Shown here piece by piece: positions 50,338 through 61,694 of a stretch of 64,000 nucleotides of DNA. Positions within the stretch are counted from its first letter, which is position 1; each line of letters begins with the position of its first letter. Where the stretch lies: positions 6,861 to 70,860 of the forward strand of contig CANQWU010000001.1 in the NCBI GenBank assembly GCA_947627605.1. The letters run 5' to 3'. This DNA comes from an uncultured Clostridia bacterium (GTDB lineage: Bacteria > Bacillota > Clostridia > TANB77 > CAG-508). A program made the translations under genes and the position numbers. Below the pieces are notes generated by a model. The model was not told the DNA's origin, made no database searches, and was given only the letters and a program-made list of their open reading frames with translations.

Positions 50338-50928
50338 TTATTTTATCAGTAAAGAAATAATATTATGTTTATACATTTCTTTTGCTATAGTCGAATTTTC
50401 AATCTCTTTGTGTATTGTATTGCTTGAATTAACCTGACCTATAAAACTAATTATTAATAAAATAATATATATAATAGCAATTCCTCTAATAGTTCCAAAT
50501 ATAATTCCACCTATTTTATTAAATTGATCTAATACTGGTAATTTAGCTACTAAATTAGCTAAAGCAGTAACAAATCTTAATGCAATTCTAATAGCAATAT
50601 ATAAAATTAGCATTACTCCAGTTCTGATAATACTCATAGATATTTCTCTTGCTGTAGTTGGTAATATTTCGTTTTGAATTTTATTTTGAATATTATTTTC
50701 TTCGTTTTGCCCAGCTACTGTAAGATTTTCAACTATTGTATTTTCTATAGTTTCATCTAAATTGGTTGTATTTACTACAATATTGGTTATTGGCCTATAT
50801 AAAATTAATGTAGCGATAATTGCAATAATAACTGCACATAAATTAACGCTCAACTCAATAAGTCCCTTTCTATATCCTATAAAAATTGATAATGCTAAAA
50901 TAGCAATAATTATAATATCTGCAATCAT
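50338..50928 (-). CDS. cvpA: CvpA-family membrane protein
   Basis: MIADIIIIAILALSIFIGYRKGLI... multi-TM architecture of the CvpA family. Confidence 0.65.
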   Translation of the reverse strand: MIADIIIIAILALSIFIGYRKGLIELSVNLCAVIIAIIATLILYRPITNIVVNTTNLDETIENTIVENLTVAGQNEENNIQNKIQNEILPTTAREISMSIIRTGVMLILYIAIRIALRFVTALANLVAKLPVLDQFNKIGGIIFGTIRGIAIIYIILLIISFIGQVNSSNTIHKEIENSTIAKEMYKHNIISLLIK

Positions 50929-50939
50929 AATTTTCTCCT

Positions 50940-52181
50940 TTATAAATTTACAATTTCAATTTTATCTCTATAAATAATTCCTGCTATATTTCCAGAAATA
51001 ACAACATCTGCAATTTCTTGTTCTGCCTTATATCTCTTAACTAGCCATCCACCTGTATTAATAAATTCTATTTCAGTTCCTAAGTTAAGTGCTATTATAT
51101 TTTCATATGTATATAATTCTTTAGTCACTGATTTAGCTGTATAATTTATGTTTTTCTTATTATCTGTATTTATAATAGTTACATTGGTATCTGCTGTAAA
51201 TAGATTAGCTGCAACTTCTTCTAAAATTACTACATTGTTGTCCAAGTCAATTGCTTGAAATGTAGTTTTGGTATTTTTATTATTATATATTTCTTCTTTA
51301 TTACCTTCTAGTGAAAAAGCAGTTATTTTATCTTTGGACATACATATTAATTTATCTTTATCGTGATATTGAATATTAGTAATTAATTCATTATTATCTA
51401 TTGAATATATTGCAATTTTTGAATTATTCGCATCAATTTGTGCTTTTTCTATTGAAAATACTTCAATTTTTGACTGTATTGTAACTCCAGATGTATCTAT
51501 TTCTGCTAATGCTAAATATTTATTATCATTAGAAATAGTCATATCTGATATTCTAGTTGTTGATAAAAAGGTTTTAAATAATGATTTTCCTTTATCATCA
51601 TAAACATTTATAACAGTTTTATTAATTGTTCCTGTAATAGCAACAGCTGTATATCCATTTGGACTTGTATAAATTTTTGAAATTTCTCCTTCTATTGAAT
51701 CTTCCCAAACAATATCTTTATCTTGCATAAAATAAATTTTTTGACCTTTTTCTTCTGCAATAGCTAAATTTCTCCCATTTGCATAAAATAAAGGATTTGA
51801 TATATCCACAGCAACTTTTGCTTCTTCTTTTGCAGTACTACCATATATTTTAAATTCATTTTTACTTAAAATTCCTATATATTGTGCAAAAGCATAAACT
51901 TTTACATTTTCATCTTGAATCATTTCAATTGTAGCAAGTTTATCTTCATTAACTTCTTTTTGCAAAATATTGGTATCTACCCATTCCCTAAACTGTATAT
52001 CTTGAACATAAACAATAATGAAAACAGCTATAGCAATAAAAATTATAACAGATATAATAATAGTTGCAATTCTTTTTTTACTTATACTTGTGCTCTTTGG
52101 TTCCTTAAAATAATCCTTCATTAGTTTTTCCTTTCTTTTCATTATTGCTTTTATTCTACTATATAATTTATGTTTTTTCAA
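50940..52181 (-). CDS. membrane-anchored extracytoplasmic protein, hypothetical
   Basis: N-terminal TM, then repetitive beta-rich sequence. Confidence 0.4.
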   Translation of the reverse strand: MKKHKLYSRIKAIMKRKEKLMKDYFKEPKSTSISKKRIATIIISVIIFIAIAVFIIVYVQDIQFREWVDTNILQKEVNEDKLATIEMIQDENVKVYAFAQYIGILSKNEFKIYGSTAKEEAKVAVDISNPLFYANGRNLAIAEEKGQKIYFMQDKDIVWEDSIEGEISKIYTSPNGYTAVAITGTINKTVINVYDDKGKSLFKTFLSTTRISDMTISNDNKYLALAEIDTSGVTIQSKIEVFSIEKAQIDANNSKIAIYSIDNNELITNIQYHDKDKLICMSKDKITAFSLEGNKEEIYNNKNTKTTFQAIDLDNNVVILEEVAANLFTADTNVTIINTDNKKNINYTAKSVTKELYTYENIIALNLGTEIEFINTGGWLVKRYKAEQEIADVVISGNIAGIIYRDKIEIVNL

Positions 52182-53199
52182 CTGTTTTCAAGGTAATTAT
52201 TTTAAGAATTTGTATTAGTCCTAAATATCCAAATACCGGATATAAAAATTTAATTAAATTTGAAAATCCTATAACTGAAATTGGAATAGAAATTATGCAA
52301 ATAACAATAAATATTATCATTTTAGTATCTTTATTTTTCTGTATATTTTGTAAAAGCCCTGTTCCTAAAGATACAGCTGTTGTTAATATAGATGACAGCA
52401 TAACAATTCCATATATAAGTTTTAAATATGGAAATTTTGTTGTAACTACATATGAAATTGGTATTTCTAAAAGTTCAATATTTATATTGATTTTCGTTAT
52501 TGCAATATATATGCTAAAAGCCAATATACTAGTTATAATTCCAACAAGTATTGCTACTTTATGTATAGATATATCATTAATTTCTTTGTTTAAGGAAATT
52601 AATACTGGAATTAGTAAAATCATATTGTAACTTGTATATAGAATGCTACTAATAAACCAATTTGTATTTTTAGAAATTATATAGGAAAAATTAGTTTCCT
52701 TACTACCAATTATCCCTACAATTAGGATAAATATTATTAAAATTGGCACTATTACTTGACTTACATTAATTAATCCTTTGTTTTCCTTTGATATGATAAT
52801 AATACATAATATTGCCAATATAGAGCTTCCCAATATTTGTGAAATATCGAGGTTTTCATTTAAGTAAGTTCCAAATCCTGCTATCATAATGAAAAATGTG
52901 ACTAAGATAAATAAATTTATAACTACATTAAGTATAAAAATAACATATCTTTTTAATTTTGTATCAACACCTATAATTACTTCTAAAAATTTTTTATAAC
53001 TTTGAACATCATTTTGAAGGATTATATTAAACACTTTATAAATTACTATCGTAAATAGTATACCAGAAACACCAATTCCTACTATTCCTTTTATTCCATA
53101 TAAAAAAAAGAACAGATATATCTCTTGTCCAGAGGCAAATCCTGCTCCTATTAATGCTCCTATTATAACAAACGTAATCTTAATAATTTGTTTTAACAT
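52168..53199 (-). CDS. YkvI-like polytopic membrane transporter-family protein
   Basis: IGAGFASGQEI N-terminal motif and >8 TM helices. Confidence 0.5.
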   Translation of the reverse strand: MLKQIIKITFVIIGALIGAGFASGQEIYLFFFLYGIKGIVGIGVSGILFTIVIYKVFNIILQNDVQSYKKFLEVIIGVDTKLKRYVIFILNVVINLFILVTFFIMIAGFGTYLNENLDISQILGSSILAILCIIIISKENKGLINVSQVIVPILIIFILIVGIIGSKETNFSYIISKNTNWFISSILYTSYNMILLIPVLISLNKEINDISIHKVAILVGIITSILAFSIYIAITKININIELLEIPISYVVTTKFPYLKLIYGIVMLSSILTTAVSLGTGLLQNIQKNKDTKMIIFIVICIISIPISVIGFSNLIKFLYPVFGYLGLIQILKIITLKTVEKT

Positions 53200-53245
53200 A
53201 AAAAAGACCCCATTCTATCATATGTGGTCCTTTTTATTAATATTC

Positions 53246-54838
53246 CTATTTTCTTCTTCTTCTAACAATCCATACTACTACACCTGCTAAAATAATTAGA
53301 ATTGGTACAGCAAATATTATTACCAAAATTACATTATTTTCTATTTCTGTTGCAGTATATGTAACTGTTCCTGTATTTTTTCTAGATATGATTCCCTCTT
53401 CTTTATTTGACAAATATGCAATAGAATTTAAAGCTACATCTCTATTTTGCCTATATATAATTGCTGGATCACCTGCTCCTTGAGATAATGGTATATCTGA
53501 AATAAAATATGCTTCTCCATAGACAATTAGTCTTGATACTTTTGCAGGCTCTCCTGTTTCTTCATTTGCTTCTGTTAATGTCTTAGTCATCATTTGACCT
53601 ACTGTATAGCTTTTTTTCTCTTCTCCCTCTTGTGGTTCATCAGATGTTAAGTAGAAATTTGTTCTAAAATATGAATTCTCACTAGTTTTAAGTAGTTCTG
53701 TTTTTTCTACTTTTAATTCTTCCAGTGCTGAATCTTCCTCCGCATTAATTTTTGTTGCTCCAAGTAGAATAATTCCTTCTGAATTTTGTAATTTTTTTGT
53801 TACTTCTGTATCTTGTATTTCTGGTAATATATAATCTGGCATTTTTGATAACATTTTTGTTTCATCCGTTTCCCTAATAACTCCTGTTTCAAATGGCTTT
53901 ATTCCATATGCTGCTAATATCTTATTGATATTTGGTAAGTCTGTTTTTTGGGCTATTGCAGTCTGGAACCATAAAATATTTCCACCATTATTGATGTAAT
54001 TCAAAATAGCATTTGTTGTAGATTCTTCAAAGTCTTTTGATGGCATTACTATAACTAATGTATCACAGTCGCTAGGCACTTCTCCTGTTGTTAAAATATC
54101 TAAACTCTTAACCTCATTAACTTCATTTTGTAAATACATATTTAGGCATTGTAATCCACCAGCTAAAGATAAATTTGAATATCCTGTTAAAAAATATACT
54201 TTTGGAACCATTGTTGCTGAAACAAGTAAAATAGAAGCTGTCAACTTTTCTTCTGACATATCAATGGTCTCATAATTTGCATAGTTAAAAGTCATTAATT
54301 CATCTGGACTTAAAACTTTATATTTTTCTCCACATTCTACAATAATTCCTGATGTTCCTGATTCAATTCCATACTTTTGTACAAGATCTGGTCTATCATT
54401 TGCTTTTACTACTTCTACTGAAATATTATCATTAACTTTTGTATATTGCTTTGCTAAATCAATAATTGTATCGTCCTCAGAATATTCTATAAAATATATT
54501 TTTATGGTTTTTGCAATATCTTTGACTAATTTTTTGCTATCATCTGTTAATGTAAATAGCTTATCTTTGCTTAAATCAATAGGTGTTAAATCTAGATTTT
54601 CCATAATAATATTGATTGCAAAAAATATAGCTAAAATAATAGAAACTAATATAATTGTTTTTGTACCATTAATAAGCCATTTTTTCTTAATAATTTCAAC
54701 AAATCTATTTAAAAATTTACTTATCTTTTTTTCTTTAGTCTCTACTTTAATAAGTTCTTTGTTTTCTTTGCTCAACTTTCTCCCCCCTATTTTATGCTTT
54801 TTCTTCTTTGCAAGAATATAATCGTTAATAAAATGCAA
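53246..54838 (-). CDS. GldG-like ABC-2 transporter auxiliary protein (start uncertain)
   Basis: TM anchors at both ends and a large extracytoplasmic domain, downstream of an ABC-2 permease/ATPase pair. Confidence 0.5.
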   Translation of the reverse strand: MHFINDYILAKKKKHKIGGRKLSKENKELIKVETKEKKISKFLNRFVEIIKKKWLINGTKTIILVSIILAIFFAINIIMENLDLTPIDLSKDKLFTLTDDSKKLVKDIAKTIKIYFIEYSEDDTIIDLAKQYTKVNDNISVEVVKANDRPDLVQKYGIESGTSGIIVECGEKYKVLSPDELMTFNYANYETIDMSEEKLTASILLVSATMVPKVYFLTGYSNLSLAGGLQCLNMYLQNEVNEVKSLDILTTGEVPSDCDTLVIVMPSKDFEESTTNAILNYINNGGNILWFQTAIAQKTDLPNINKILAAYGIKPFETGVIRETDETKMLSKMPDYILPEIQDTEVTKKLQNSEGIILLGATKINAEEDSALEELKVEKTELLKTSENSYFRTNFYLTSDEPQEGEEKKSYTVGQMMTKTLTEANEETGEPAKVSRLIVYGEAYFISDIPLSQGAGDPAIIYRQNRDVALNSIAYLSNKEEGIISRKNTGTVTYTATEIENNVILVIIFAVPILIILAGVVVWIVRRRRK

Positions 54839-55473
54839 GTAATAGTAAATGTAATAAATGTTACTGTACTAGCAATATCAATCTGTCCTTGAGTATAGCT
54901 ATAAAACATATTAATAAAAGACAATCCATTTAAATTAGGATTAAAATCTGGAAATACCCAAGTAATAATAAAAAATCCTATAGAAATTATTCCCGCTATA
55001 ATTTGGTTTTCTGTAATGCTTGATGCAAGTATTCCAAATGAAATGTATGACATACAAAATAGTAAAAATCCAACAAAAGTAATAATTGCTGTTGTAATAT
55101 GTGGCATACCAAAGTGACATATAATAGCAAAATACATAAGAGTACATAGCTCTGTAATTACTACAATACTTAATGCTGCTATGAATTTCCCTAGTACAAT
55201 TTTTGTTATACTAAGTGGAGAAGTTAGTAATAATTGCTCTGTCCCTGTTTTTCTTTCTTCCGCTATTGTTCTCATTGTAAGTACTGGTATAATAAATGCT
55301 AATACTAAAATACTTGGCATAGAATAAAAAATGTTTTCAAAATTAACACTTCCATATCCTAAAACTGTAAAATAGAAGGATACACTAAATGCAATTAGGA
55401 ATACACCAATAAATATGTACCCTATTGGTGTCGTAAAATAAGATTTAAATTCTTTTTTAATTATTGCCCACAT
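54787..55473 (-). CDS. ABC-2 family transporter permease
   Basis: Six TM helices, translationally coupled to the ATPase gene. Confidence 0.65.
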   Translation of the reverse strand: MWAIIKKEFKSYFTTPIGYIFIGVFLIAFSVSFYFTVLGYGSVNFENIFYSMPSILVLAFIIPVLTMRTIAEERKTGTEQLLLTSPLSITKIVLGKFIAALSIVVITELCTLMYFAIICHFGMPHITTAIITFVGFLLFCMSYISFGILASSITENQIIAGIISIGFFIITWVFPDFNPNLNGLSFINMFYSYTQGQIDIASTVTFITFTITCILLTIIFLQRRKSIK

Positions 55474-56414
55474 TATTTGTTACCCCCTTCTATCAGTTTC
55501 ATAAATGCGTCTTCTAATGTCGCATCTTCCTTTTTCAATTCAAATATAGTAATATTTTCTTTAGCAAATTCTTGGAACACAATTTTTCTTAAATCTATAT
55601 CATTGTCTGACTCCAACATATATTGTTTTGTTTTATCGTTATTTTCCTTTATAAGTTTTATATTGGTTATTTCTTTAATTTTTTCAGATACTCTCTCTAT
55701 TTTGTTTTCTTGGTCTTCCACAGTAACATATACTATATTTTTGTTAGATACTTTCATTTCTAGATTTTCTGGCGTATCTACTGCTATGATTTTTCCTTTA
55801 TTTATAATAACAACTCTTTGGCAAATTTGACTAACTTCAGATAAAATATGAGAACTTAAAATAATTGTGTGAGTTTTGCCTAGTTCTTTTATTAAGCTTC
55901 TTATTTCCGTAATTTGTTTTGGATCTAGTCCTACAGTTGGTTCATCTAGTATAAGAACTTTAGGTTCTCCAACTAATGCACCTGCCATACTTACTCTTTG
56001 CTTATATCCTCTTGAAAGATTTTTAATAAGCTTCTTTTCTACATCTTTTAAACCTGTTTGTTCTATAACTTTTTCTACTTTTATATTTCTTTCTCTTTTG
56101 TCCACTCTCTTAATTTCCGCCATAAATTTAACAAATTCTTTAACTGTCATATCTGCATATAATGGAACTCCTTCTGGCATATAACCTATTTCCCTTTTAG
56201 CTTTTTTTGGTTTTTTAGACATATCGTATCCATCTACAATAATAGTTCCCTCTGTTGGCTCAATAAAACCTGTTATCATATTCATTGTTGTACTTTTACC
56301 TGCACCGTTTGGGCCTAATAGTCCTACTATTTCACCATTTTCCACTTCAAAACTAATGTTATCTACAGCTATGACTTTTCCGTACTTCTTTGTCACATTC
56401 TTGATTTCTATCAC
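55473..56414 (-). CDS. ABC transporter ATP-binding protein
   Basis: Walker A GPNGAGKST, LSRGYKQR signature, Walker B ILDEPT. Confidence 0.85.
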   Translation of the reverse strand: MIEIKNVTKKYGKVIAVDNISFEVENGEIVGLLGPNGAGKSTTMNMITGFIEPTEGTIIVDGYDMSKKPKKAKREIGYMPEGVPLYADMTVKEFVKFMAEIKRVDKRERNIKVEKVIEQTGLKDVEKKLIKNLSRGYKQRVSMAGALVGEPKVLILDEPTVGLDPKQITEIRSLIKELGKTHTIILSSHILSEVSQICQRVVIINKGKIIAVDTPENLEMKVSNKNIVYVTVEDQENKIERVSEKIKEITNIKLIKENNDKTKQYMLESDNDIDLRKIVFQEFAKENITIFELKKEDATLEDAFMKLIEGGNK

Positions 56415-56572
56415 GACTGTTCCTCCTCCTTTTCATTTTGCTTTTTCGGATTTCCCTAGTATCATACCATTTTTTTATTGAAAAGTAAAGGTTTTCACAA
56501 AGTTTTCACATTTTCCATAATATTTTGTTTATTTGTTTCATAATTATTAATATGTTGAAAGGTTGATTTTGT

Positions 56573-57181
56573 ATGGATTTTATATATACTTTTTTCATTG
56601 CTTTTATGTTAATTTTTGTTTCAGAATTAGGTGATAAAACTCAACTAATTGTTCTATCTTTTTCAAATAAATTAAAAGCTTCACGCATTTTACTAGGCGT
56701 TGCTATTGGCACATTACTTAGTCATGGAGTTGCTATTTTATTTGGAAGTCATCTAGGAATGATAAATGAAAATTTTCGTTTTTATTTATCTGTTTTAACA
56801 TATATCTCCTTTATATTATTTGGTATTTTAGGTTTTTTTCACAATAGCTCAAATGAATTAAATATGTCTAATAAAAATACTATAACCTCTAAAAAAGCTC
56901 ATTCAAATTTCTATTATATCTTTTTCATTGCTATCAGCATTATTATAGGAGAGTTAGGGGATAAAACTTTTCTTGCTTCTCTAGGGCTTGGAATTGAATA
57001 TCCCTTTTATAAAGTGCCTTTAGTATTTGGATCAGTTTCTGGCATGGTTGCTAGCAATAGTATTGCCGTACTATTTGGTAAATTTTTAGATACAAAATTA
57101 GATTCTAAATATATTCAAATCCTATCAAATTTATTGTTTATTATCTTTGGTATGATTGGATTTTTAAAAATTTTATTTTAA
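56573..57181 (+). CDS. GDT1/UPF0016 (TMEM165) family cation transporter
   Basis: Two repeats of the E-x-G-D-K-T/S motif (ELGDKTQ and ELGDKTF). Confidence 0.75.
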   Translation: MDFIYTFFIAFMLIFVSELGDKTQLIVLSFSNKLKASRILLGVAIGTLLSHGVAILFGSHLGMINENFRFYLSVLTYISFILFGILGFFHNSSNELNMSNKNTITSKKAHSNFYYIFFIAISIIIGELGDKTFLASLGLGIEYPFYKVPLVFGSVSGMVASNSIAVLFGKFLDTKLDSKYIQILSNLLFIIFGMIGFLKILF

Positions 57182-57316
57182 TATTTTGATAATATATACT
57201 TAATTTGAAAATTATTGTAATTTTCAAAAATAGTCTTTAAAAATTTGTTGAAAAAAGTATAATTATATGCTAAAATAAAATTGAATTAAATTTATAGGAA
57301 AGGAGTATAAATAAAT

Positions 57317-58510
57317 ATGAAATTATATAAGAAAATTTTAGTATTCATAATAGTATTAATATTATTTTTATCCACCTTTTTTTGGTTTAATAATTCTTAT
57401 GCTGCAACTATTACTTTGCAACAAGTAGTTGAAAAACTTAAAGCTTGTGATTTTGCAAAAAATTATTCAAGTACACATAGTTCTGAAAGTGAATCATGTG
57501 CAGTATCTATAAATTTAGATGAAAATTCTTTTACCATAGAAATTTCTAAAACGTCTGCGCCATTAATTTCTACGTTAGAATATATGCCTGCTCCTATAGC
57601 TACTTCAATGGTTGTATATACTTATACTTTACAAAATGGTATTTTATCAACAGAAATTACTTCTACTGATGAAGCCGAATGGGCAAAACAAGTATTTTCT
57701 TGTGTAGCACAATTGCATGGTTATGAGGAAGAATCTATAAATTCAGTACTTGATACTATTAATACTAAAAATTACACTGTTGAAAATGAAGGTTTTGAAT
57801 TTAAATATCCATCAACCTCTAATTCAATGAAGGGCTTTCTAAAAATAAGTCTTGAAAAAATAAATCTTATTCAGTCTTCTGACGACATATATATTACATT
57901 AGACGATTTAAATGATCAAGATATTTTTGAAAAAGGGTCTGGAACTTTACAATTAACAAGAGGAAATATAACTTTATATTTATCTATGAATAACAACAAA
58001 GTAGAAGTATCAATCGGTGAGCCATTAAATCTATCTAAAAATTCCTATTTGTCTCTTTGCTCTGTTTTAGAAAAAATATTAGGGAATAATATAGTATCAG
58101 CATTTAAAAATTCCTATTCTGATTTTTCAATTGGAAATATGCAATGGATAGATTTTGATATAGCAGTTAATCCATTAAAAACTGAAGCAGAAAAAGATAT
58201 CTTTGAAAATGATAAAATGGTAAGAATTACATTCGATAAGTCTAAAATTACAGAAAATACTTTTAGCAAAAATTCACAACCAGAAAATCCAAACGGTCAA
58301 AGTTCAAACGAGCAAAAGCCAAATGATTCAAGCCAAAACGGTCAAAATGCGTCAAGTCAAGATGAATCAAGTCAAAAAACTCAAGAAAAGACAATAACTA
58401 AATTGCCATATGCTGGACTTACTTATACATTCTTTATAGTAATGGCATTAGTATTAATATCAACTATTATAATACTTAAATTAAAATTAAAAAAATATGA
58501 TGAAATTTAA
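57317..58510 (+). CDS. secreted protein with C-terminal sortase-signal-like architecture (LPYAG + hydrophobic helix + KLKLKK tail)
   Basis: Signal peptide; C-terminus ...TKLPYAGLTYTFFIVMALVLISTIIILKLKLKKYDEI. Confidence 0.5.
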   Translation: MKLYKKILVFIIVLILFLSTFFWFNNSYAATITLQQVVEKLKACDFAKNYSSTHSSESESCAVSINLDENSFTIEISKTSAPLISTLEYMPAPIATSMVVYTYTLQNGILSTEITSTDEAEWAKQVFSCVAQLHGYEEESINSVLDTINTKNYTVENEGFEFKYPSTSNSMKGFLKISLEKINLIQSSDDIYITLDDLNDQDIFEKGSGTLQLTRGNITLYLSMNNNKVEVSIGEPLNLSKNSYLSLCSVLEKILGNNIVSAFKNSYSDFSIGNMQWIDFDIAVNPLKTEAEKDIFENDKMVRITFDKSKITENTFSKNSQPENPNGQSSNEQKPNDSSQNGQNASSQDESSQKTQEKTITKLPYAGLTYTFFIVMALVLISTIIILKLKLKKYDEI

Positions 58511-58617
58511 TTTGGTATAGAAAAGTTATGTTAATTCATAACTTTTCTATTTTTATATGTCTTTTTTGCTTGACATTGTTATTTTTATATGCTACAATAA
58601 TTATTGTTATTAGTTAT

Positions 58618-58694
<77 letters not shown>

Positions 58695-58739
58695 AAGCAA
58701 TATTATCCGAACCCTTAGTAGAGGAAGTTGGATATGGTG

Positions 58740-58790
58740 CTAAAAGTGTAAATTCCTTATCAGTTATAGGGACTGATAAGGAAATTTTTT
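58740..58790 (+). terminator. rho-independent terminator downstream of tRNA-Arg
   Basis: ccttatcagttatagggactgataagg hairpin followed by aaattttttg. Confidence 0.6.
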
Positions 58791-58847
58791 GTTTTGAAAC
58801 ATTAAATATAATTGTCAAATATTTTTTAGGTATATTTCATTTATTAA

Positions 58848-61694
58848 TTATTTTAATCCTTTCTTTTCAGATAATAATTGCCACTTATGTAAAAGTTCTC
58901 TTTTATATTTTGGGCTATTAATAGTTATTATAGTAGAATGAATATATTCTAATTCCTGTAGAGATATAACTTCTCTATAATTAACTGAATATAACAATTT
59001 TTTAATTATTTTATATTTATTTTTTTCATCATAAATGTCTTTCAATAACAATTTTAACATTTTAAAAGCATCGTTTTCTGATATTTTTTTAACTGATACA
59101 ATTAAACCACTTTTTGAATCTATATTTATTAAAAATTTTTTTTTAAAATCAGCATTAGCATTTACTAGCTTTTCCACCATTTCAATTCCGTACTGTTTAT
59201 ATATTTCTAATATTATTGAATCTAATACTGCATGACTTTTAACCATCAATTTTGCAACAATTTGATAATCTTTTCCACAGGCTTTTATTAAAAACTGTTG
59301 ATATAAGTCCCAAGAAAAATCTTCTTTTAATGCTTTTAAATCAGAATTCAGTTGTTCAATATTTTCTACGCTATTATAATAATCATCATCAAAGCAATGC
59401 ATAACTGTATTTATTATTTTTTGCATCTTTGTTTGTGTTGCATTATTTTGAATCATTTTCACATAATCTTGCATAAGAGCTACTACTTTTTGATTATTAT
59501 TTTTTTTTGTAAGTATATTTACTATATATCGCCTTAAAGAAATCATCGTACCAATCCATCCATGTTTAAACATTATTTTGTTATAAACATATTTTTTCAT
59601 TAAATTAGCAATATCTTCATATATAATTTTATTGTCTATTAATCTATTTAAAACATTTTCTGACTCAATTTTTGCTAATCCTGTAAAATACCAATCAACA
59701 TAATCAAATATATTGTTGTAATCTTTATTAATAAAAAATTTTTTGTTTTTAATTACATATTCTATTATTTTTTCGAAATTAAAATAGTCCTCTATTTTAG
59801 TATCTTTTGACTTATACGTATAATTCATTAATTTATCTATTTTAATATTACACATATGAATTTCTTCATCATACATTTCATAATCAATATTTACTATATA
59901 GTTTGTTATATTGATTTCTTTTCCAATTTTGAATACTTCTGTCTGTCGCTCCAATAAAGTATTAATTCCTTTTATACCTTTTGTATTTGCATAATCTATT
60001 ATTTTCTTAACATTATTAATATAAGTTTGATCTGTATAATTTTTATAATCAAACATTATCTCTTTTATAAATTGAAATGCTAGTTTGCTCCTTCTATCAA
60101 TTATTTTTTTTGCAAAATCTACTGCTTTGATATCATCATTATCACTTATATATGTATCAAATATGTACGAAAATATTGATATAGTATCTTCTTCTCTTTC
60201 AATAGAATTTTTCGCAATGTCAATTAAACTATCAATTATGAAATCATCATATATAACTTCGTTGCATAATATATTCTCATTACTTATAGCTGCATTATAT
60301 AGTATTCGAAAAAAACATTCCGCATATTTATCATTTTTATTATTTTTTTCATCTTTTGCTAATATTAATGATTTCAATATATGATAAATTTGTTTTTTAT
60401 GTATTTCTTCTAAATTCTCTGTAAGCTCTTCTTCGTATTTTACTATATCAGTTTTATATATTTCTATATTTTTATATACGTAATTAGGTTGATTTTTTTT
60501 TGTTTCATTATCTTCATTTTTATATTTTAAAACTGACTTATCATTTTTTCTAATATTATTATCGCTTATTATTTTTAAGTTATACAATTCTCTTTTTATA
60601 TTATCAATGTCTTCAATTTTTTCTTTGTTTAAATTTATTGCTGATACATTATACTCACTATTAAATATATCCTCATTGTTTAAATATTGTTTGATAGCTT
60701 TATAATATTTTTCTATTTTATTTTCAAGTTTATTTTTTTCATTAATGGTATATTCTAATTTTTCCGATTTAATTTTTTTAATAAATATAAGATTTCCTTT
60801 TATATTCGAATTTTTTTCTTCATTCTCTTCTTTTAATCTTAATCCCAAAGAAGATAGTTTATATACAACTTCATTATATGTACTTTTGCCACAATTTCTA
60901 ATCTTATATAATTCAGATGCTGTTAAATTAAGTAGGTCATATAATTTGTTAATTTGTTTTCCATATAGACAATTATAAGTTCTTGTAGAAAATCCTAAAT
61001 TCCTTAAATCTATTTCATTGTAATATTCTTGCATCAATTCTTGTATATTACTTATATTTTTTTGCCTTAGTTTTTTCTTGTTTGCATAAATTTTTGATAA
61101 TTCAATGTTTTCATTTTTATAATCTGTACTTGAAAAATAGTCATTAATTATTTGTAAATCTTCAATTTCTGATTTTAAATTATTAATTTCACTATTGTAT
61201 TCTCGTATTTTTTCATAATCATTTTGACAATCTCGAACTATATTTTTACTTCTTGATAGATGTCTTAATTTTTTCACAGTTTGGTCGATTATTTGACTTA
61301 TTCTTTGTTGTGGAACTCCAATAATATTTCCTATTTCTTTATATGTATATTTCTTTCCATCTAATGAAATATAATATCTATATACTTTTTGATTTTTCTC
61401 TGGCAACTTCATAAGTATATTTTCAAATTCATCTATATCTAAATATTTTCCTGTGTTATATTCTAATTCACTAATATCTAAAAAAGCTATATCTTTTATT
61501 GCCAATGCGTATTGTAGTTTTTGATATTCACTCATATCATTTTTAGATATTGTTATACCCCTAAAACCACAAAAAATTTTATTACTAAACTGATAACTGC
61601 ATTGACATTTTTTATATGCCTCTTTAAAAGCTTCTATTGACCCATATTTATTCATTATATCGATTGAATATTCAGACTTTGCAAAGTTATCCAT
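58848..61694 (-). CDS. large (948 aa) protein with sigma-70 region-4-like HTH and RNAP alpha-CTD-like HhH segment, hypothetical regulator
   Basis: YTYKEIGNIIGVPQQRISQIIDQTVKKLRH (sigma region 4-like) and LRNLGFSTRTYNCLYGKQINKLYDLLNLTASELYKIRNCGKSTYNEV (alpha-CTD-like), with long coiled-coil/helical repeats. Confidence 0.45.
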   Translation of the reverse strand: MDNFAKSEYSIDIMNKYGSIEAFKEAYKKCQCSYQFSNKIFCGFRGITISKNDMSEYQKLQYALAIKDIAFLDISELEYNTGKYLDIDEFENILMKLPEKNQKVYRYYISLDGKKYTYKEIGNIIGVPQQRISQIIDQTVKKLRHLSRSKNIVRDCQNDYEKIREYNSEINNLKSEIEDLQIINDYFSSTDYKNENIELSKIYANKKKLRQKNISNIQELMQEYYNEIDLRNLGFSTRTYNCLYGKQINKLYDLLNLTASELYKIRNCGKSTYNEVVYKLSSLGLRLKEENEEKNSNIKGNLIFIKKIKSEKLEYTINEKNKLENKIEKYYKAIKQYLNNEDIFNSEYNVSAINLNKEKIEDIDNIKRELYNLKIISDNNIRKNDKSVLKYKNEDNETKKNQPNYVYKNIEIYKTDIVKYEEELTENLEEIHKKQIYHILKSLILAKDEKNNKNDKYAECFFRILYNAAISNENILCNEVIYDDFIIDSLIDIAKNSIEREEDTISIFSYIFDTYISDNDDIKAVDFAKKIIDRRSKLAFQFIKEIMFDYKNYTDQTYINNVKKIIDYANTKGIKGINTLLERQTEVFKIGKEINITNYIVNIDYEMYDEEIHMCNIKIDKLMNYTYKSKDTKIEDYFNFEKIIEYVIKNKKFFINKDYNNIFDYVDWYFTGLAKIESENVLNRLIDNKIIYEDIANLMKKYVYNKIMFKHGWIGTMISLRRYIVNILTKKNNNQKVVALMQDYVKMIQNNATQTKMQKIINTVMHCFDDDYYNSVENIEQLNSDLKALKEDFSWDLYQQFLIKACGKDYQIVAKLMVKSHAVLDSIILEIYKQYGIEMVEKLVNANADFKKKFLINIDSKSGLIVSVKKISENDAFKMLKLLLKDIYDEKNKYKIIKKLLYSVNYREVISLQELEYIHSTIITINSPKYKRELLHKWQLLSEKKGLK

